Positions 29,542-40,320 of a DNA stretch of 64,000 nucleotides are shown here, piece by piece. Made by a program: the position numbers and the translations under genes. The first letter of the stretch is position 1; each line of letters opens with the position of its first letter. Source of the stretch: Candidatus Bathyarchaeota archaeon (GTDB lineage: Archaea > Thermoproteota > Bathyarchaeia > Bathyarchaeales > Bathycorpusculaceae); assembly GCA_963827165.1 (NCBI GenBank), contig CAWGZR010000004.1:96001-160000 (forward strand), given 5' to 3'. Below the pieces are notes generated by a model. It was given only the letters and a program-made list of their open reading frames with translations, had not been told where the DNA came from and searched no databases.

Positions 29542-30228
29542 TCACCTGAAATCAATTTTCTTCATCATGCCCATCTGATGTTTTTTGCCTATTCGCGTCT
29601 CACCTGTGCAATAGGAACACACAGACGCTGGCGTAGTGAACCGCATTCGCCTATTCTGCAACGTTGTAATATCGACCGCATCAATTATCTGCTTACTCAA
29701 CATGAACGCACCCTGCCCGGTAATGCCATTGATAAACAGAATATTCGCTCGGTTGTTTGCTTGGCGAACGTTAAATCTGAACACCTCTCGCTCTGCCTGT
29801 GACACGATGTCACTCTTAGTAATCACTATTATATCTGCAAGTTTTAACATCGGCCCAATCTTTCGAGGCGTCTGAATCCCCGAAAGATTATCAATTATAC
29901 AAATTGCGGGAATACCGCTGATATGGGGAGAACAGCGGTTACAAAGCCCAGCGCTTTCAGTAATAAGAATATCCAATCTTTCCCGTTTTCCCCACTGCAC
30001 CGCGTCTTCGATGTTGCTAATAAAGAAATGATCAGGACAAACTTTACCTGAAACCCCCACCTGAACTAGAATTCTCGCCTCTTGATAACGTAGCTGATCA
30101 AAAGAAGTGAGGCAGTCAAATTTCACAACTCCAATTTTAATATTTTTTTCCTTTAAGCATGCCGCCAGTTGAATAATCACAGAAGTTTTACCCGATGAGG
30201 GCGGTCCCGCCACAGTGATAAAGTTCAT
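29542..30228 (-). CDS. G3E (HypB/UreG-like) GTPase, putative metallochaperone
   Basis: GPPSSGKT, CPDH, ESAGLCNRCSP, TKSD, CSYC. Confidence 0.8.
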   Translation of the reverse strand: MNFITVAGPPSSGKTSVIIQLAACLKEKNIKIGVVKFDCLTSFDQLRYQEARILVQVGVSGKVCPDHFFISNIEDAVQWGKRERLDILITESAGLCNRCSPHISGIPAICIIDNLSGIQTPRKIGPMLKLADIIVITKSDIVSQAEREVFRFNVRQANNRANILFINGITGQGAFMLSKQIIDAVDITTLQNRRMRFTTPASVCSYCTGETRIGKKHQMGMMKKIDFR

Positions 30229-30230
30229 GC

Positions 30231-31496
30231 TTATCCTCCTATCACAAAAATAGGCAAATCAGATTTAATGTATGCAGTTTCTTTTTCAGGCAATAATTTT
30301 GAGCCTTCAAGAATCTTCTTGAATTCCTCATCTTTCAGCGAGCCTTTTTTACCGTTTGCGTAAACTGCTTTAACCTGGTTAACCACTCCTGATATGGTAT
30401 CGTTGCTTGGGTAGTTTCCGGTTATTTCGATAATTTTGTGTTTGATTATGCTTTTGCCGGATTGTTTGCCTATGGTTAAATGTCTTACGTTACCAACCAG
30501 CTCCGGAGGATATGGCTCATAAGTCCAAGAGTCGTTGAGGACGCCGTAGGTGTGGATACCCGATTCATGTGCGAAGCCGTAGTCGCCCACAATGGCTTTG
30601 TTGAGTGGAACGACGAAGCCGGTTGCTTTGCTAATAAAGTCTGCTGCCTGTCTGAGCTTTTGAGTTTTTCCCTCGAACTTTTTGATGCCGTGATGCAAGT
30701 ATAAGTTAAGGACAACTTTCTCGGTTTCCGCATTACCTGCACGCTCCCCAATGCCCAAATAGGTTGTATTTATGTAGATTTTGTCCCATACCCCTGATGC
30801 TGCACGTATGGCGGCCATAGTGTTTCCTAAGGCGTTGCCTAAGTCGTCGTGGGCATGAATCTCCAGCGCCTTAATTCGTGTTTCCTTCTTGAGCGCAACC
30901 ACTTTAGCGGGAATGCCAATTGGCAAAGGTGCGTCCAATTCGGGAAGCCCTATCCCCACCGTATCACAAACACGGTAACATTCTGCCCCAGCATCCGCCG
31001 CCGCGTTAACGAATTTCTTTTCGAAAGCCCAATCCGCACGCGTAGCGTCCTCGCCGTGAACAAACGTTCGTAACCCATGAGTTTTAGCGGCATATTCTAC
31101 AACATCCACCAAATTAGCTAAGAGTTCCTCAGTTGTTTTATCAGGCCATTTTGCCCGCAAATGAATATAAGATACTGGATGCGAGATGCCAACTTCCTGA
31201 AAGTCCAAGTCGATAGCGCTGTCAATATCTTTTTTGACTGCTCTGCACCAGCCAGCAACTCTGCAATCCAACTTCATGCGGTGGATGAGTTTCGCTGCTT
31301 TTTTATCGGGTTCTTGATAATGAAACAGTTCGATTCGTTCAGCACCTATTTCGCAAAGCAAATGCGCGATTTTTGCGGCGTCTTTAGGTCTAGTAGCTAA
31401 GCCGGGCATTTGCATGCCATCGCGAAGAGTGGTGTCATCGATGATGGGTTCGGTTTTGAGGGCGGGCATTTTGAAGAAAAAGTCGTTTAGTTCCAT
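30231..31496 (-). CDS. nifV: Homocitrate synthase (DRE-TIM family), NifV-like by context
   Basis: DTTLRDG, HAHDDLG, GIGERAGNA, HESGIH; directly after nifK. Confidence 0.7.
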   Translation of the reverse strand: MELNDFFFKMPALKTEPIIDDTTLRDGMQMPGLATRPKDAAKIAHLLCEIGAERIELFHYQEPDKKAAKLIHRMKLDCRVAGWCRAVKKDIDSAIDLDFQEVGISHPVSYIHLRAKWPDKTTEELLANLVDVVEYAAKTHGLRTFVHGEDATRADWAFEKKFVNAAADAGAECYRVCDTVGIGLPELDAPLPIGIPAKVVALKKETRIKALEIHAHDDLGNALGNTMAAIRAASGVWDKIYINTTYLGIGERAGNAETEKVVLNLYLHHGIKKFEGKTQKLRQAADFISKATGFVVPLNKAIVGDYGFAHESGIHTYGVLNDSWTYEPYPPELVGNVRHLTIGKQSGKSIIKHKIIEITGNYPSNDTISGVVNQVKAVYANGKKGSLKDEEFKKILEGSKLLPEKETAYIKSDLPIFVIGG

Positions 31497-31513
31497 GTTG
31501 CGTCACCTTGTGT

Positions 31514-32842
31514 TTATGAGTCTTTAGCGTCCATTATTGCGTTGACTATTGTATCCAGGAGTTGTAAGGAACCTCTGAAGCCAACCATGCTTCGTCTTTG
31601 GTAGCCAAATCGGTCGCTTTGAGGGAAGCCTACTCGAATCAGCGGTATGCCTTCGTCTTTGGAGATGTATTTGCCTTTGCAATCTCCGATAATTAAGTCC
31701 ACGCGGGTTTCTTTGATTTTCTGGTGAAGGTCATACAAATCGCCGCCAACAATTATGTTCAGTTTCTCAGCGTCAGCTCCATACAATGTTGCCAGCGTCT
31801 GCATATCTTGAGCAAACTGGCTTCCTTCAAGCGTCGTCATCACGTGTACCGGCTGCATGCCAAGCTCGTAAACAAAGCGGGTGATACCTTGTACAATATC
31901 AGGGTCGCCGAACACTGCTACTTTTGTGCCAAAGGTAATTTGACTCGAATCAACTATGGCGTCAACTAGCAGGTCGCGTTCATCAATTAACGATTCAGGC
32001 ATGTTTTTCCCAGTTAGCGCGGTAAGGTTTGCAATGAACGTTTCTGTGGATTCAACGCCGATTGGAAGATCCCCAAACTTGGCTGGCATGCTGTATTTTT
32101 CCTGCAGATAGTTTGCTGCGCCTTGTCCTTCATATTTGCAAAGTGGTATTGTTCCCTGTGAGTTCGAGCAGTCAGCAATCTCCTGCACTGTTGTTCCTCC
32201 ACGGGGGAAATGTGGTTTAGGAAGACGCAGAGGTGCGTTGAGTGTTTGCGAGATGTCGGTGAGGTATAGGCCGGCGATACCCATTTCTGCTATGATATGT
32301 TTGATTTCTAAGACGTCGCCTGGGTTAAGCATGCCTGGGATAATGTTGACTTTGCCGTTGGGCACCGTTTTTGGTTCAGCAAGCTGGGTGACAAGCGCTT
32401 TTATGGCGTTGTCATAACCGATTATGTGGGTGCCGACGTAGCTGGGCGTGTGTATTCCGACTATTTTTGTGTGCTCGTTGTTTTCGGATTTAAAGGCTTT
32501 AATTATTCCGTGAATGTCATCGCCTGTTGTTTCGCTAAGGCAAGTGGTGATAACCGTTATTAATTCTGGGTGTTGACGGGAGATTATGTTGGCTAATGCT
32601 AGTTTTAGGTTAATTGCTCCTCCAAAGATGGTTGCTTTCTCATGCAGAGACGTGATGGCAACTTCTATGGGTTCGCGGAAGTGCCGGGACATCAAGTTGC
32701 GAGGAAATGTCGAGCAGCCCTGCGAACCATGTATAAGGGGTACGCTACCATGAATGCCTAGGGTAGCCCAGATTGCACCGATTGGCTGGCACATGCGTGG
32801 CGCGTTTATAGCGACACTTCTTTGTCTGTTAATTATCACCAT
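31514..32842 (-). CDS. nifK: Nitrogenase component I beta subunit
   Basis: CQPIGA, HGSQGC, TTCLSET and TPSY P-cluster motifs. Confidence 0.8.
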   Translation of the reverse strand: MVIINRQRSVAINAPRMCQPIGAIWATLGIHGSVPLIHGSQGCSTFPRNLMSRHFREPIEVAITSLHEKATIFGGAINLKLALANIISRQHPELITVITTCLSETTGDDIHGIIKAFKSENNEHTKIVGIHTPSYVGTHIIGYDNAIKALVTQLAEPKTVPNGKVNIIPGMLNPGDVLEIKHIIAEMGIAGLYLTDISQTLNAPLRLPKPHFPRGGTTVQEIADCSNSQGTIPLCKYEGQGAANYLQEKYSMPAKFGDLPIGVESTETFIANLTALTGKNMPESLIDERDLLVDAIVDSSQITFGTKVAVFGDPDIVQGITRFVYELGMQPVHVMTTLEGSQFAQDMQTLATLYGADAEKLNIIVGGDLYDLHQKIKETRVDLIIGDCKGKYISKDEGIPLIRVGFPQSDRFGYQRRSMVGFRGSLQLLDTIVNAIMDAKDS

Positions 32843-32844
32843 AG

Positions 32845-34221
32845 CTAATCTGCATCCCGTGTTTTGATAAACTTCCATGCGGGGCTGTAGATTGACTTAT
32901 AAATGTCTCTTGCAAAACGTACAAAGCCTTTGAAGACCATGTAGCCGCCTTTGCTTTCGTATGTGTGCCCGTTTAAGAAAGGCACGCCATACTTGTAAGC
33001 CAAATATTTTTCTTTGGTACCGGAGATGAACAAATCTGGTTTGTATTTAACCATCATTTCTTCCAGTTCAGGCGCGTTGGGGTTATCAATTAACAGGGTT
33101 CCATTTTTTACTCGGCTCACGATTTTTTCATAGTCATCTTCATGCCCAAATGTAGTTGCGACAACGTTGAGTTCCATGCCCAGTTCCTCCATGGCTCTTG
33201 GCCAATGCCAACTGCGCGGTCCGCCCTCGTAAATCATCACTTTTTTGCCTTGCAATTTTTCTCTGTAGACATCCATCTCACATTTTATGTCTGCCATTTC
33301 TTTTGCGATGACTTCTTCGGCTTTTTGTTCCAAACCGAAGAATTTTGCAACGGTCCGCAAATCGTCAGCAGTCTGTTGCATGCCGTATAAATCCACTTCA
33401 ACGAAGGGTGTGCCATACTTTTCCTCCATCATTTTAGCTATATACATGGCTGACCGTGCGCATCTTACGACGTTTAGTTTTGCATGGTGCATTTTTGCTA
33501 TGTCGTGGATGGAAGAGTCACCTGTGAAAGTACACACTACCCGAAGTCCTATAGCTTCCAGCAGCGGCAGTATAAGCCAGTCATCTCCTCTGATGTTGTA
33601 TTCTCCGACAAGGTTTATGTCATAAGGCGTCTTGTTCTGGAGTTCTTCTGTGCCCACAACCTTGTTAAACAGAACCTCGTTACCAACGTGGTGCCCTAGA
33701 CTTTGGCTTACGCCGTGAAAGCCCGGGCAGTTGAAAGCTACCACTGGTTTTCCTATGGCGGCGGTTGCACGTTTAGCAACAGCTTCTATGTCGTCGCCTA
33801 TTAACCCGGCAACGCATGTTGAGTAAACGAATACTCCTTGTGAGTTTGGGAAAGCCTTGTTTGCTTCAAGTATGGATTCGTAGAGTTTTTTTTCTCCTCC
33901 AAAGACGATGTTTGATTCGCGCAGGTCTGTGGAGAAAACGTTGACCAGTTGAAAGTTTGTGTCTTTTGCAAGGTTTGGTCGTACGTCCCAGGGATAATAG
34001 CAGCAGCCTATGGGGCCATGTTCCAGTTGAATAACGTCTTTTACTGGTCCACCGACGACGCCTCTGCAGCCAGCGTAAGTGCAGCCTCGCTCAGTCATGT
34101 CGCCTGGGATGGTTGCTACGTTGCAGGCTGGAATGTGGCATTCGTCTTTGTCATCTTTCAGATAGCAGTGTTTTTTTCTGTCTGGCACATGCTTGTCGCA
34201 TTCTGGCAAGATAAATGGCAT
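32845..34221 (-). CDS. nifD: Nitrogenase component I alpha subunit
   Basis: RGCTYAGC, HGPIGC, TCVAGLIGDD, SQSLGHH, CARS, GGPRSWHW, NGHTY. Confidence 0.85.
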   Translation of the reverse strand: MPFILPECDKHVPDRKKHCYLKDDKDECHIPACNVATIPGDMTERGCTYAGCRGVVGGPVKDVIQLEHGPIGCCYYPWDVRPNLAKDTNFQLVNVFSTDLRESNIVFGGEKKLYESILEANKAFPNSQGVFVYSTCVAGLIGDDIEAVAKRATAAIGKPVVAFNCPGFHGVSQSLGHHVGNEVLFNKVVGTEELQNKTPYDINLVGEYNIRGDDWLILPLLEAIGLRVVCTFTGDSSIHDIAKMHHAKLNVVRCARSAMYIAKMMEEKYGTPFVEVDLYGMQQTADDLRTVAKFFGLEQKAEEVIAKEMADIKCEMDVYREKLQGKKVMIYEGGPRSWHWPRAMEELGMELNVVATTFGHEDDYEKIVSRVKNGTLLIDNPNAPELEEMMVKYKPDLFISGTKEKYLAYKYGVPFLNGHTYESKGGYMVFKGFVRFARDIYKSIYSPAWKFIKTRDAD

Positions 34222-34231
34222 CTACTTCACC

Positions 34232-35128
34232 TCAATCGCTGGATCGACCATAACCACTGAAATGTGTACCGCAGGTTTCCTCCCCAGGCACTCCCATGGC
34301 GTCGGCTCTGCATTGGACGCAGTTGTGAAACTGGAATAGCATGCCTTCGCACAGGTGCCGGATTCTTTGAATTTCCTGCAGAGACGGAGCTGGAATGTAG
34401 GCGAATTTAGCTTGGGGAATCAGGGGCATAATGTTCATTATGTAAGCGCCCATGTCACGTACAGTTCTGGCTACGTCAACTACATGTTCTGAGTTTACGC
34501 CTGGAATGAACACTGAGTTAACTTTGACGACTATACCTGCGTCAGCGGCGGCTCGTAATCCGTCGAGTTGATTTTTGCTAAGGATCTCGAACGCTTTTCT
34601 ACCCAAGTATGTCTTGTTTTGGTAGCGAACGAAAGAGTAAATCTGCTCACCTACCTTGGGGTCTACTGCGTTGATAGTAATTGTGAGGGCTGAAACGCCG
34701 ACCTCTTTTAGTTGGGCAAGTTTTTCTGGTAGCAGCAGCCCGTTTGTTGAAACGCAACGGGTTAAATGTGGAAACTCCTTTTTCACTTGGCGAAGAGTGT
34801 CAAATGTGACGTCGCTGCTAAGTGGGTCGCCTGGGCCAGCAATGCCTACGACACGCAGCCGAGGGTCTTTTTGCACTGCAAACCGCACTCGCTCTATCGC
34901 TTCTTCAGCCGTTATCACTTTGCTTGTAACGCCGGGACGGTTCTCGTTCGCGCAGTCGTATTTTCGAACACAATAGTTGCAGCCTATGTTACATGTTGAT
35001 ACTACGGGAAGATGTAGTCTGCCAAACTTGAAATGCGCTCCGGAACCGTAACAGGGGTGCTCTTGCACTATTTGAGAGCAAATCTTCTTGCGTATCTCTG
35101 ATTTTTCATAGCTAACCATCTTTTTCAC
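34232..35128 (-). CDS. nifB: NifB radical SAM cofactor-core synthase (no NifX domain)
   Basis: HPC, CNIGCNYC, ENRPG, AGPGDPL, CVQCRADA. Confidence 0.9.
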   Translation of the reverse strand: MKKMVSYEKSEIRKKICSQIVQEHPCYGSGAHFKFGRLHLPVVSTCNIGCNYCVRKYDCANENRPGVTSKVITAEEAIERVRFAVQKDPRLRVVGIAGPGDPLSSDVTFDTLRQVKKEFPHLTRCVSTNGLLLPEKLAQLKEVGVSALTITINAVDPKVGEQIYSFVRYQNKTYLGRKAFEILSKNQLDGLRAAADAGIVVKVNSVFIPGVNSEHVVDVARTVRDMGAYIMNIMPLIPQAKFAYIPAPSLQEIQRIRHLCEGMLFQFHNCVQCRADAMGVPGEETCGTHFSGYGRSSD

Positions 35129-35983
<855 letters not shown>

Positions 35984-36054
35984 TTACTTCTGTTTTTTTC
36001 AAATTTCTTTTCACCTTGATGTTTTTTCTACTTTCTCAGCTAATGTTTCCGCGT

Positions 36055-36094
36055 AATTTAAAGCTGGTTATGATTTGTTCAGAAAACTTCTGAA
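36055..36094 (-). promoter_or_regulatory. nifH promoter: TTC-N11-GAA palindrome plus TATA box
   Basis: TTCAGAAGTTTTCTGAACAAATCATAACCAGCTTTAAATT; one of five aligned copies. Confidence 0.7.
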
Positions 36095-36271
36095 AATATA
36101 ATCAAATATCATAGTTTAGCTTATTCAACATCAACGATTGTCGCAGTATTTTTATTTTACTTAGACGTTTGTTGTCATCAAAATATCGTTAAAAATAATT
36201 CCGCTAACGATTACCTGTTTAATGTAAGCTAATGAATACTGTTTACCAAAAAATGAAAGGATGTGATTGAC

Positions 36272-36826
36272 TCACATTTTCTTAGTTGGCTGAGTGCGAA
36301 TGTTTATTTTTGATAGATTTTCTTTTAATTCAGCTTTTATCCCTATCTCAGAAAAGTATCCCTCAAGAAAAAATATTATAAATTTTTTAGTCAATTCCGA
36401 TCTTAAGATCAAGGTAAAATTGTTTTCAGAGGTTTTAATTACCTTAAAGAAATTGCATACTTCTAGTCTATTTAATAAGTCCTCAACTGTTACCACTGTG
36501 TTCTTAAGCTGTCCACCATGAGAACGAGCGACTTCTCTATGCTTCGTCCAGAATGTTTCCTGGTTTTGTGAAGACTCAATAAAATTAAGGAAGAGAAACC
36601 AGTGTTCTATATCTATTATAACGTGTTCTCCATTCGAAAGCAAATTCAGGTATGTTTTCATGTTTTCTGTTGAGATTGCTCTGTTTTCTTGATAAAAATT
36701 TAGGGCTCGTCTTATGATTTCGCTATATGACAGATCGTCTTGTGCACTGATTTTTTCAAGGAAACTTATCATCGCGCCGTCAAGGGCTGCAGTTATCCTT
36801 TTTTGTTTTTTCAAAGTGATCGCCAT
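36272..36826 (-). CDS. Ribbon-helix-helix (CopG-like) regulator with C-terminal domain
   Basis: KRITAALD...SYSEIIRRAL. Confidence 0.75.
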   Translation of the reverse strand: MAITLKKQKRITAALDGAMISFLEKISAQDDLSYSEIIRRALNFYQENRAISTENMKTYLNLLSNGEHVIIDIEHWFLFLNFIESSQNQETFWTKHREVARSHGGQLKNTVVTVEDLLNRLEVCNFFKVIKTSENNFTLILRSELTKKFIIFFLEGYFSEIGIKAELKENLSKINIRTQPTKKM

Positions 36827-36849
36827 GCAACGTTATTTTTTCTTTCTCA

Positions 36850-37311
36850 TCATTTAATTACACAAAGTGAAGCAGCGTCTTCTTTTATTATCTCGAGGGT
36901 AACACTAGGAACAATTCTGTGAATACCATTGATTTTTTGTAACTGCTTGACAAAGGAGACTATTTCCGAGTTCTCTTTGAATTTTGCTGTTAAGATGATG
37001 TCAAAATCTCCTGTTATCTGGTAAACTGATATGATATTAGACATTTTTGATATTGTGCTTTTAATAAATTCAACGCGTCCACTAGTTTGAATAAGGATTA
37101 CTGCAGTGTGGGTATAGCCCAGCTTTGTTGGATCCAGAATAATGGTATATCCCTTTATGATGCCCTCATTCTGTAGCTCTGCTACTCGGTTTATTACGGT
37201 TCCCGGTGCTTTGTCAAGTTTTATTGAGACCTCGCGAAGACTTAACCTACCGTCATCCTTTAGCATATTTAGGATTTGGACGTCTAGCTTATCGATTACT
37301 CCTTTTCTCAG
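36850..37311 (-). CDS. Lrp/AsnC family regulator (start uncertain; frame open to CTG 37311)
   Basis: IDKLDVQILNMLKDDGR...GIIKGY...YQITGDFD. Confidence 0.85.
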   Translation of the reverse strand: MRKGVIDKLDVQILNMLKDDGRLSLREVSIKLDKAPGTVINRVAELQNEGIIKGYTIILDPTKLGYTHTAVILIQTSGRVEFIKSTISKMSNIISVYQITGDFDIILTAKFKENSEIVSFVKQLQKINGIHRIVPSVTLEIIKEDAASLCVIK

Positions 37312-37513
37312 GGTTTGTCACTTCGGTTAATGAATTGTTTTTTTTCTGACTTTTCGTCTCTATTCTTACTAACTTCAATAAACAATGGTACGTGGTCGAA
37401 CGTAACCAAGGATTTCCCAAACGCCTTATTCGAAATATTTTTTACATTAAACATTTGTTAAACTTCACGTTCCAAGTTGTTAACGATATATGCGCTTCTT
37501 AGACACAAAATGT

Positions 37514-37553
37514 GATATAAGCATAGTTGTGATTTGTTCAGAAGTATTCGGAA
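37514..37553 (-). promoter_or_regulatory. Palindrome plus TATA promoter facing the lrp/RHH genes
   Basis: TTCCGAATACTTCTGAACAAATCACAACTATGCTTATATC. Confidence 0.65.
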
Positions 37554-37608
37554 GAAAGCAACGTTTGTCTTGAATAAACCGATTTTTATCAAGCATATGT
37601 CTTAATTT

Positions 37609-37648
37609 TTCTGAAATTATATGAACAAATCACAACCACACTTAAATC
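37609..37648 (+). promoter_or_regulatory. Palindrome plus TATA promoter facing small ORF 37680
   Basis: TTCTGAAATTATATGAACAAATCACAACCACACTTAAATC. Confidence 0.65.
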
Positions 37649-37679
37649 CTTTCTTAAGTATTTAGCTATTAAGAAAAAA

Positions 37680-37856
37680 ATGAGTGAAGCGGAAAAATTG
37701 GAAACAAAAGAAATTTGCTGCACATTATTAATAAAAAATAAGGTGCGCTCAAATCTGACGAGAAGACAGAAATGCCCTGTTCTTTCAGAATTCGCAAGAA
37801 GTATTCTATCAAAAAGTGTCGTTGATGCGGAACTTTGGTACTTCACTCACATATAA
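37680..37856 (+). CDS. 58-aa small protein (absent from the ORF track)
   Basis: ATG about 30 nt after the TATA box; MSEAEKLETKEICC...QKCP...WYFTHI. Confidence 0.4.
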   Translation: MSEAEKLETKEICCTLLIKNKVRSNLTRRQKCPVLSEFARSILSKSVVDAELWYFTHI

Positions 37857-38051
37857 AAAAATTAGAGGTGAAAAACGAAGAGTTCGCTAGAAGAAGAGGG
37901 TAAAAAAGCCTTACAATAAATAAGAATATTTAAACAAGAAACGCCCCATTTTTTTTCTCAACAAGAGAAGTCAAGTCTGACGGGGGATTGTTGCAGGCAA
38001 CATAGATGTTGATTCAAGTAATCTTTAAAATGGTGTTCGATCGTTCAACTA

Positions 38052-38091
38052 TTCATAATATTTATGAACATTTCTCAAATCATCTTATATA
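38052..38091 (+). promoter_or_regulatory. Palindrome plus TATA promoter upstream of cobQ
   Basis: TTCATAATATTTATGAACATTTCTCAAATCATCTTATATA. Confidence 0.65.
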
Positions 38092-38359
38092 ATGAAATAT
38101 TAATTTAGTTTTAGAGCCAAAACAAAAAATTGGGTGAAAAAGAGTTGAATTTGGGAATCTTTGTATGCGCAGGTTCAGACTTTTTTATCCCACCTTTTAC
38201 ATCATGAGGAATAGGAGTTCGTTCGGGTGCAACAAGTTATAAGAGTAAAGATCAAAGAGGCTTGACTTAAATAGCACAATTGTTTTGGTTGCCAATTCCA
38301 TGTAGAAGTTCAACGGTTATGCAGAAAAGTTGTTTAGTATACCCATGTGGGGTTTAGTA

Positions 38360-39919
38360 ATGAAGAAAGCAAAGACTCTGATGATTCAAGGTACAGGCAG
38401 CCAAGTTGGGAAAAGCATAATAGTTGCAGCGTTCTGCAGAATTTTCGCCAAAGATGGGTACAAGGTTGCCCCATTTAAGTCGCAGAACATGTCCCTAAAT
38501 TCCTTCGTCGCCAAAGACGGTGAAATGGCCAGAATTCAAGTTCTGCAGGCATTGGCCGCCTGCGTAGAACCCACTGTTGACATGAACCCGATCCTAGTGA
38601 AACCGAAAGAAATAGGAAAAGACATTCAGTTGATAATACACGGAAAGCCGTACTGCGATGTCGCGGTTGATGACTATTGGCAGCATGGAAAATTTGCTAC
38701 GCTGTTGACCAGAGTGATTGAGGAATCCCTTGAGCGACTCAAGTCAGAGTCCGACGTAGTAGTCATTGAAGGAGCGGGATGCCCCACAGACGATTACTTT
38801 AATGTAAGCGTTGTTAACATGAAGACGGCAGAAATAGCTGAGGCTCCTGTTTTATTGGTTGCAGATATAAACTGCGCCAGAGGAGGGGCTATGGCTTCCG
38901 TCGTAGGCATCCATGAGTTGCTCGATAAAGACGGCAGAAACAGAATCAAAGGAGTGATAATCAATAAATGGGAGGGACGAAAAGATTTTCTCAAGCCATG
39001 CTCTTCAATTATCCAAGAGAAAACTGGATGGCCCATAGTTGGAGCAATTCCTCGCATTGAAGGACTTGTCCTCCCTGATGAAGATTCAATAGGACTAATG
39101 GAAAAAACTGTCACGCACACCGGAACAAATGTCGAAATCGCCGTTATCCGTCTTCCCATGATTTCAAATTTCACGGATTTCCACCCGTTAGAAATCGAAC
39201 CAAATGTAAAAGTGAACTTTGTCGGGTCAACACGGGAATTGGGCTCACCGGATGCCATTGTCATACCTGGAACCAAGAACACTATCCAAGACTTTCTCTG
39301 GCTGAAACAGTCTGGGTTCGCAGAAAAAATCGTTGCCCTTGCAGGGAAAGGTGTTCCAGTGATAGGTGTTTGTGGCGGATTCCAGATGCTCGGTAAAGAG
39401 CTGGTGGATGAAAAGGGAATTGAAGGAGGCCTTCCCACAACTATTAGAGGGCTAGGGCTGCTCGACGTCTCAACAAAATTCGATTTCTACGGCAAGACCA
39501 CCAATCAGCTTGAGGCCGAGATAATAGGATCGGGCCATATATTTGATCAAGTGAGGGGGCAAAGGATTGTAGGTTACGAAATCCACATGGGTTCAACTGT
39601 ACTTGGCGAAAAAGCCAGTTCGATCTTTAAGGTAGTAAAGCGTGACGACAACACATTCGAGAGACTTGACGGCGCATGTGATAATGCTGGCGTTGTCTTT
39701 GGTACATATCTTCACGGTCTCTTCGATGATCCACCGCTAAGGCGGGCTTTAGTTGGGTTTCTGTCTAGAAAAAAACAGCTAAAGACAAGTTTTCACCGTG
39801 AAAAAAACATTGAGAAGATCTGGGAAGAAAATTTGGATAAGTTAGCCGAAATCGTAAGAGCAAATACAGACATGAAGAAGCTTTATGAGGTTACCGGTCT
39901 GTCGCCAGTCAAATGTTGA
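38360..39919 (+). CDS. cobQ: Cobyric acid synthase (divergent)
   Basis: QGTGSQVGKS, APFKSQNM, DMNPILVKP, ISNFTD, GVCGGFQMLG, GYEIHMG, GTYLHG. Confidence 0.85.
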   Translation: MKKAKTLMIQGTGSQVGKSIIVAAFCRIFAKDGYKVAPFKSQNMSLNSFVAKDGEMARIQVLQALAACVEPTVDMNPILVKPKEIGKDIQLIIHGKPYCDVAVDDYWQHGKFATLLTRVIEESLERLKSESDVVVIEGAGCPTDDYFNVSVVNMKTAEIAEAPVLLVADINCARGGAMASVVGIHELLDKDGRNRIKGVIINKWEGRKDFLKPCSSIIQEKTGWPIVGAIPRIEGLVLPDEDSIGLMEKTVTHTGTNVEIAVIRLPMISNFTDFHPLEIEPNVKVNFVGSTRELGSPDAIVIPGTKNTIQDFLWLKQSGFAEKIVALAGKGVPVIGVCGGFQMLGKELVDEKGIEGGLPTTIRGLGLLDVSTKFDFYGKTTNQLEAEIIGSGHIFDQVRGQRIVGYEIHMGSTVLGEKASSIFKVVKRDDNTFERLDGACDNAGVVFGTYLHGLFDDPPLRRALVGFLSRKKQLKTSFHREKNIEKIWEENLDKLAEIVRANTDMKKLYEVTGLSPVKC

Positions 39920-40320
39920 AAAGCTCAAAGACCCCCCTTGAATGATGAGGCGAATCTCACCTGCATTTTTATTTAAATCTGTCTTCTTAACAAGTTTGTG
40001 AAGCGTATTAAGCTCTTATATTAAAAGGTTGATTACCTCGTGGCCTTGTTGCATTGCCAAATAATACGCATAGCAACTTTCTTTTCCGCCGCTCCATGCA
40101 GCAACACCTTTCATTTGGTTTTTACTCTCCGTAAGTTAATTTGTTTGTCAGATTTTTAGCCCATTTTTTCTTGGTTGAGCTGCAATGACCACCAAAGGTT
40201 TGCTAGAGCGAATTAGTGGACGCTTCTTGCGTGCAGTGCATGTTTTGAAAACGATGCAGTTCTCCGAGCAGGAGATGGCTGTTTTGGTTTGGCAATCCAA
40301 AATTATCGTACTATACAAGT

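Noticed and set aside
31514-34221. Reading the D/K pair as NifE/NifN or CfbD
   Set aside because: The alpha subunit retains the His cofactor ligand and SQSLGHH, the beta subunit has all three P-cluster Cys, and there are two distinct subunits.
37589-37846. 85-aa minus-strand ORF
   Set aside because: It runs through a plus-strand promoter motif and is antisense to the better-placed 58-aa ORF.
38108-38123. GTTTTAGAGC resembling a type II CRISPR repeat start
   Set aside because: Only a second partial copy in the inverted duplicate; no repeat-spacer array and no cas genes.
39914-39919. cobQ ending TGT-TGA as a possible Cys-Sec terminus
   Set aside because: CobQ is already full length; no known Sec position and no supporting structure.
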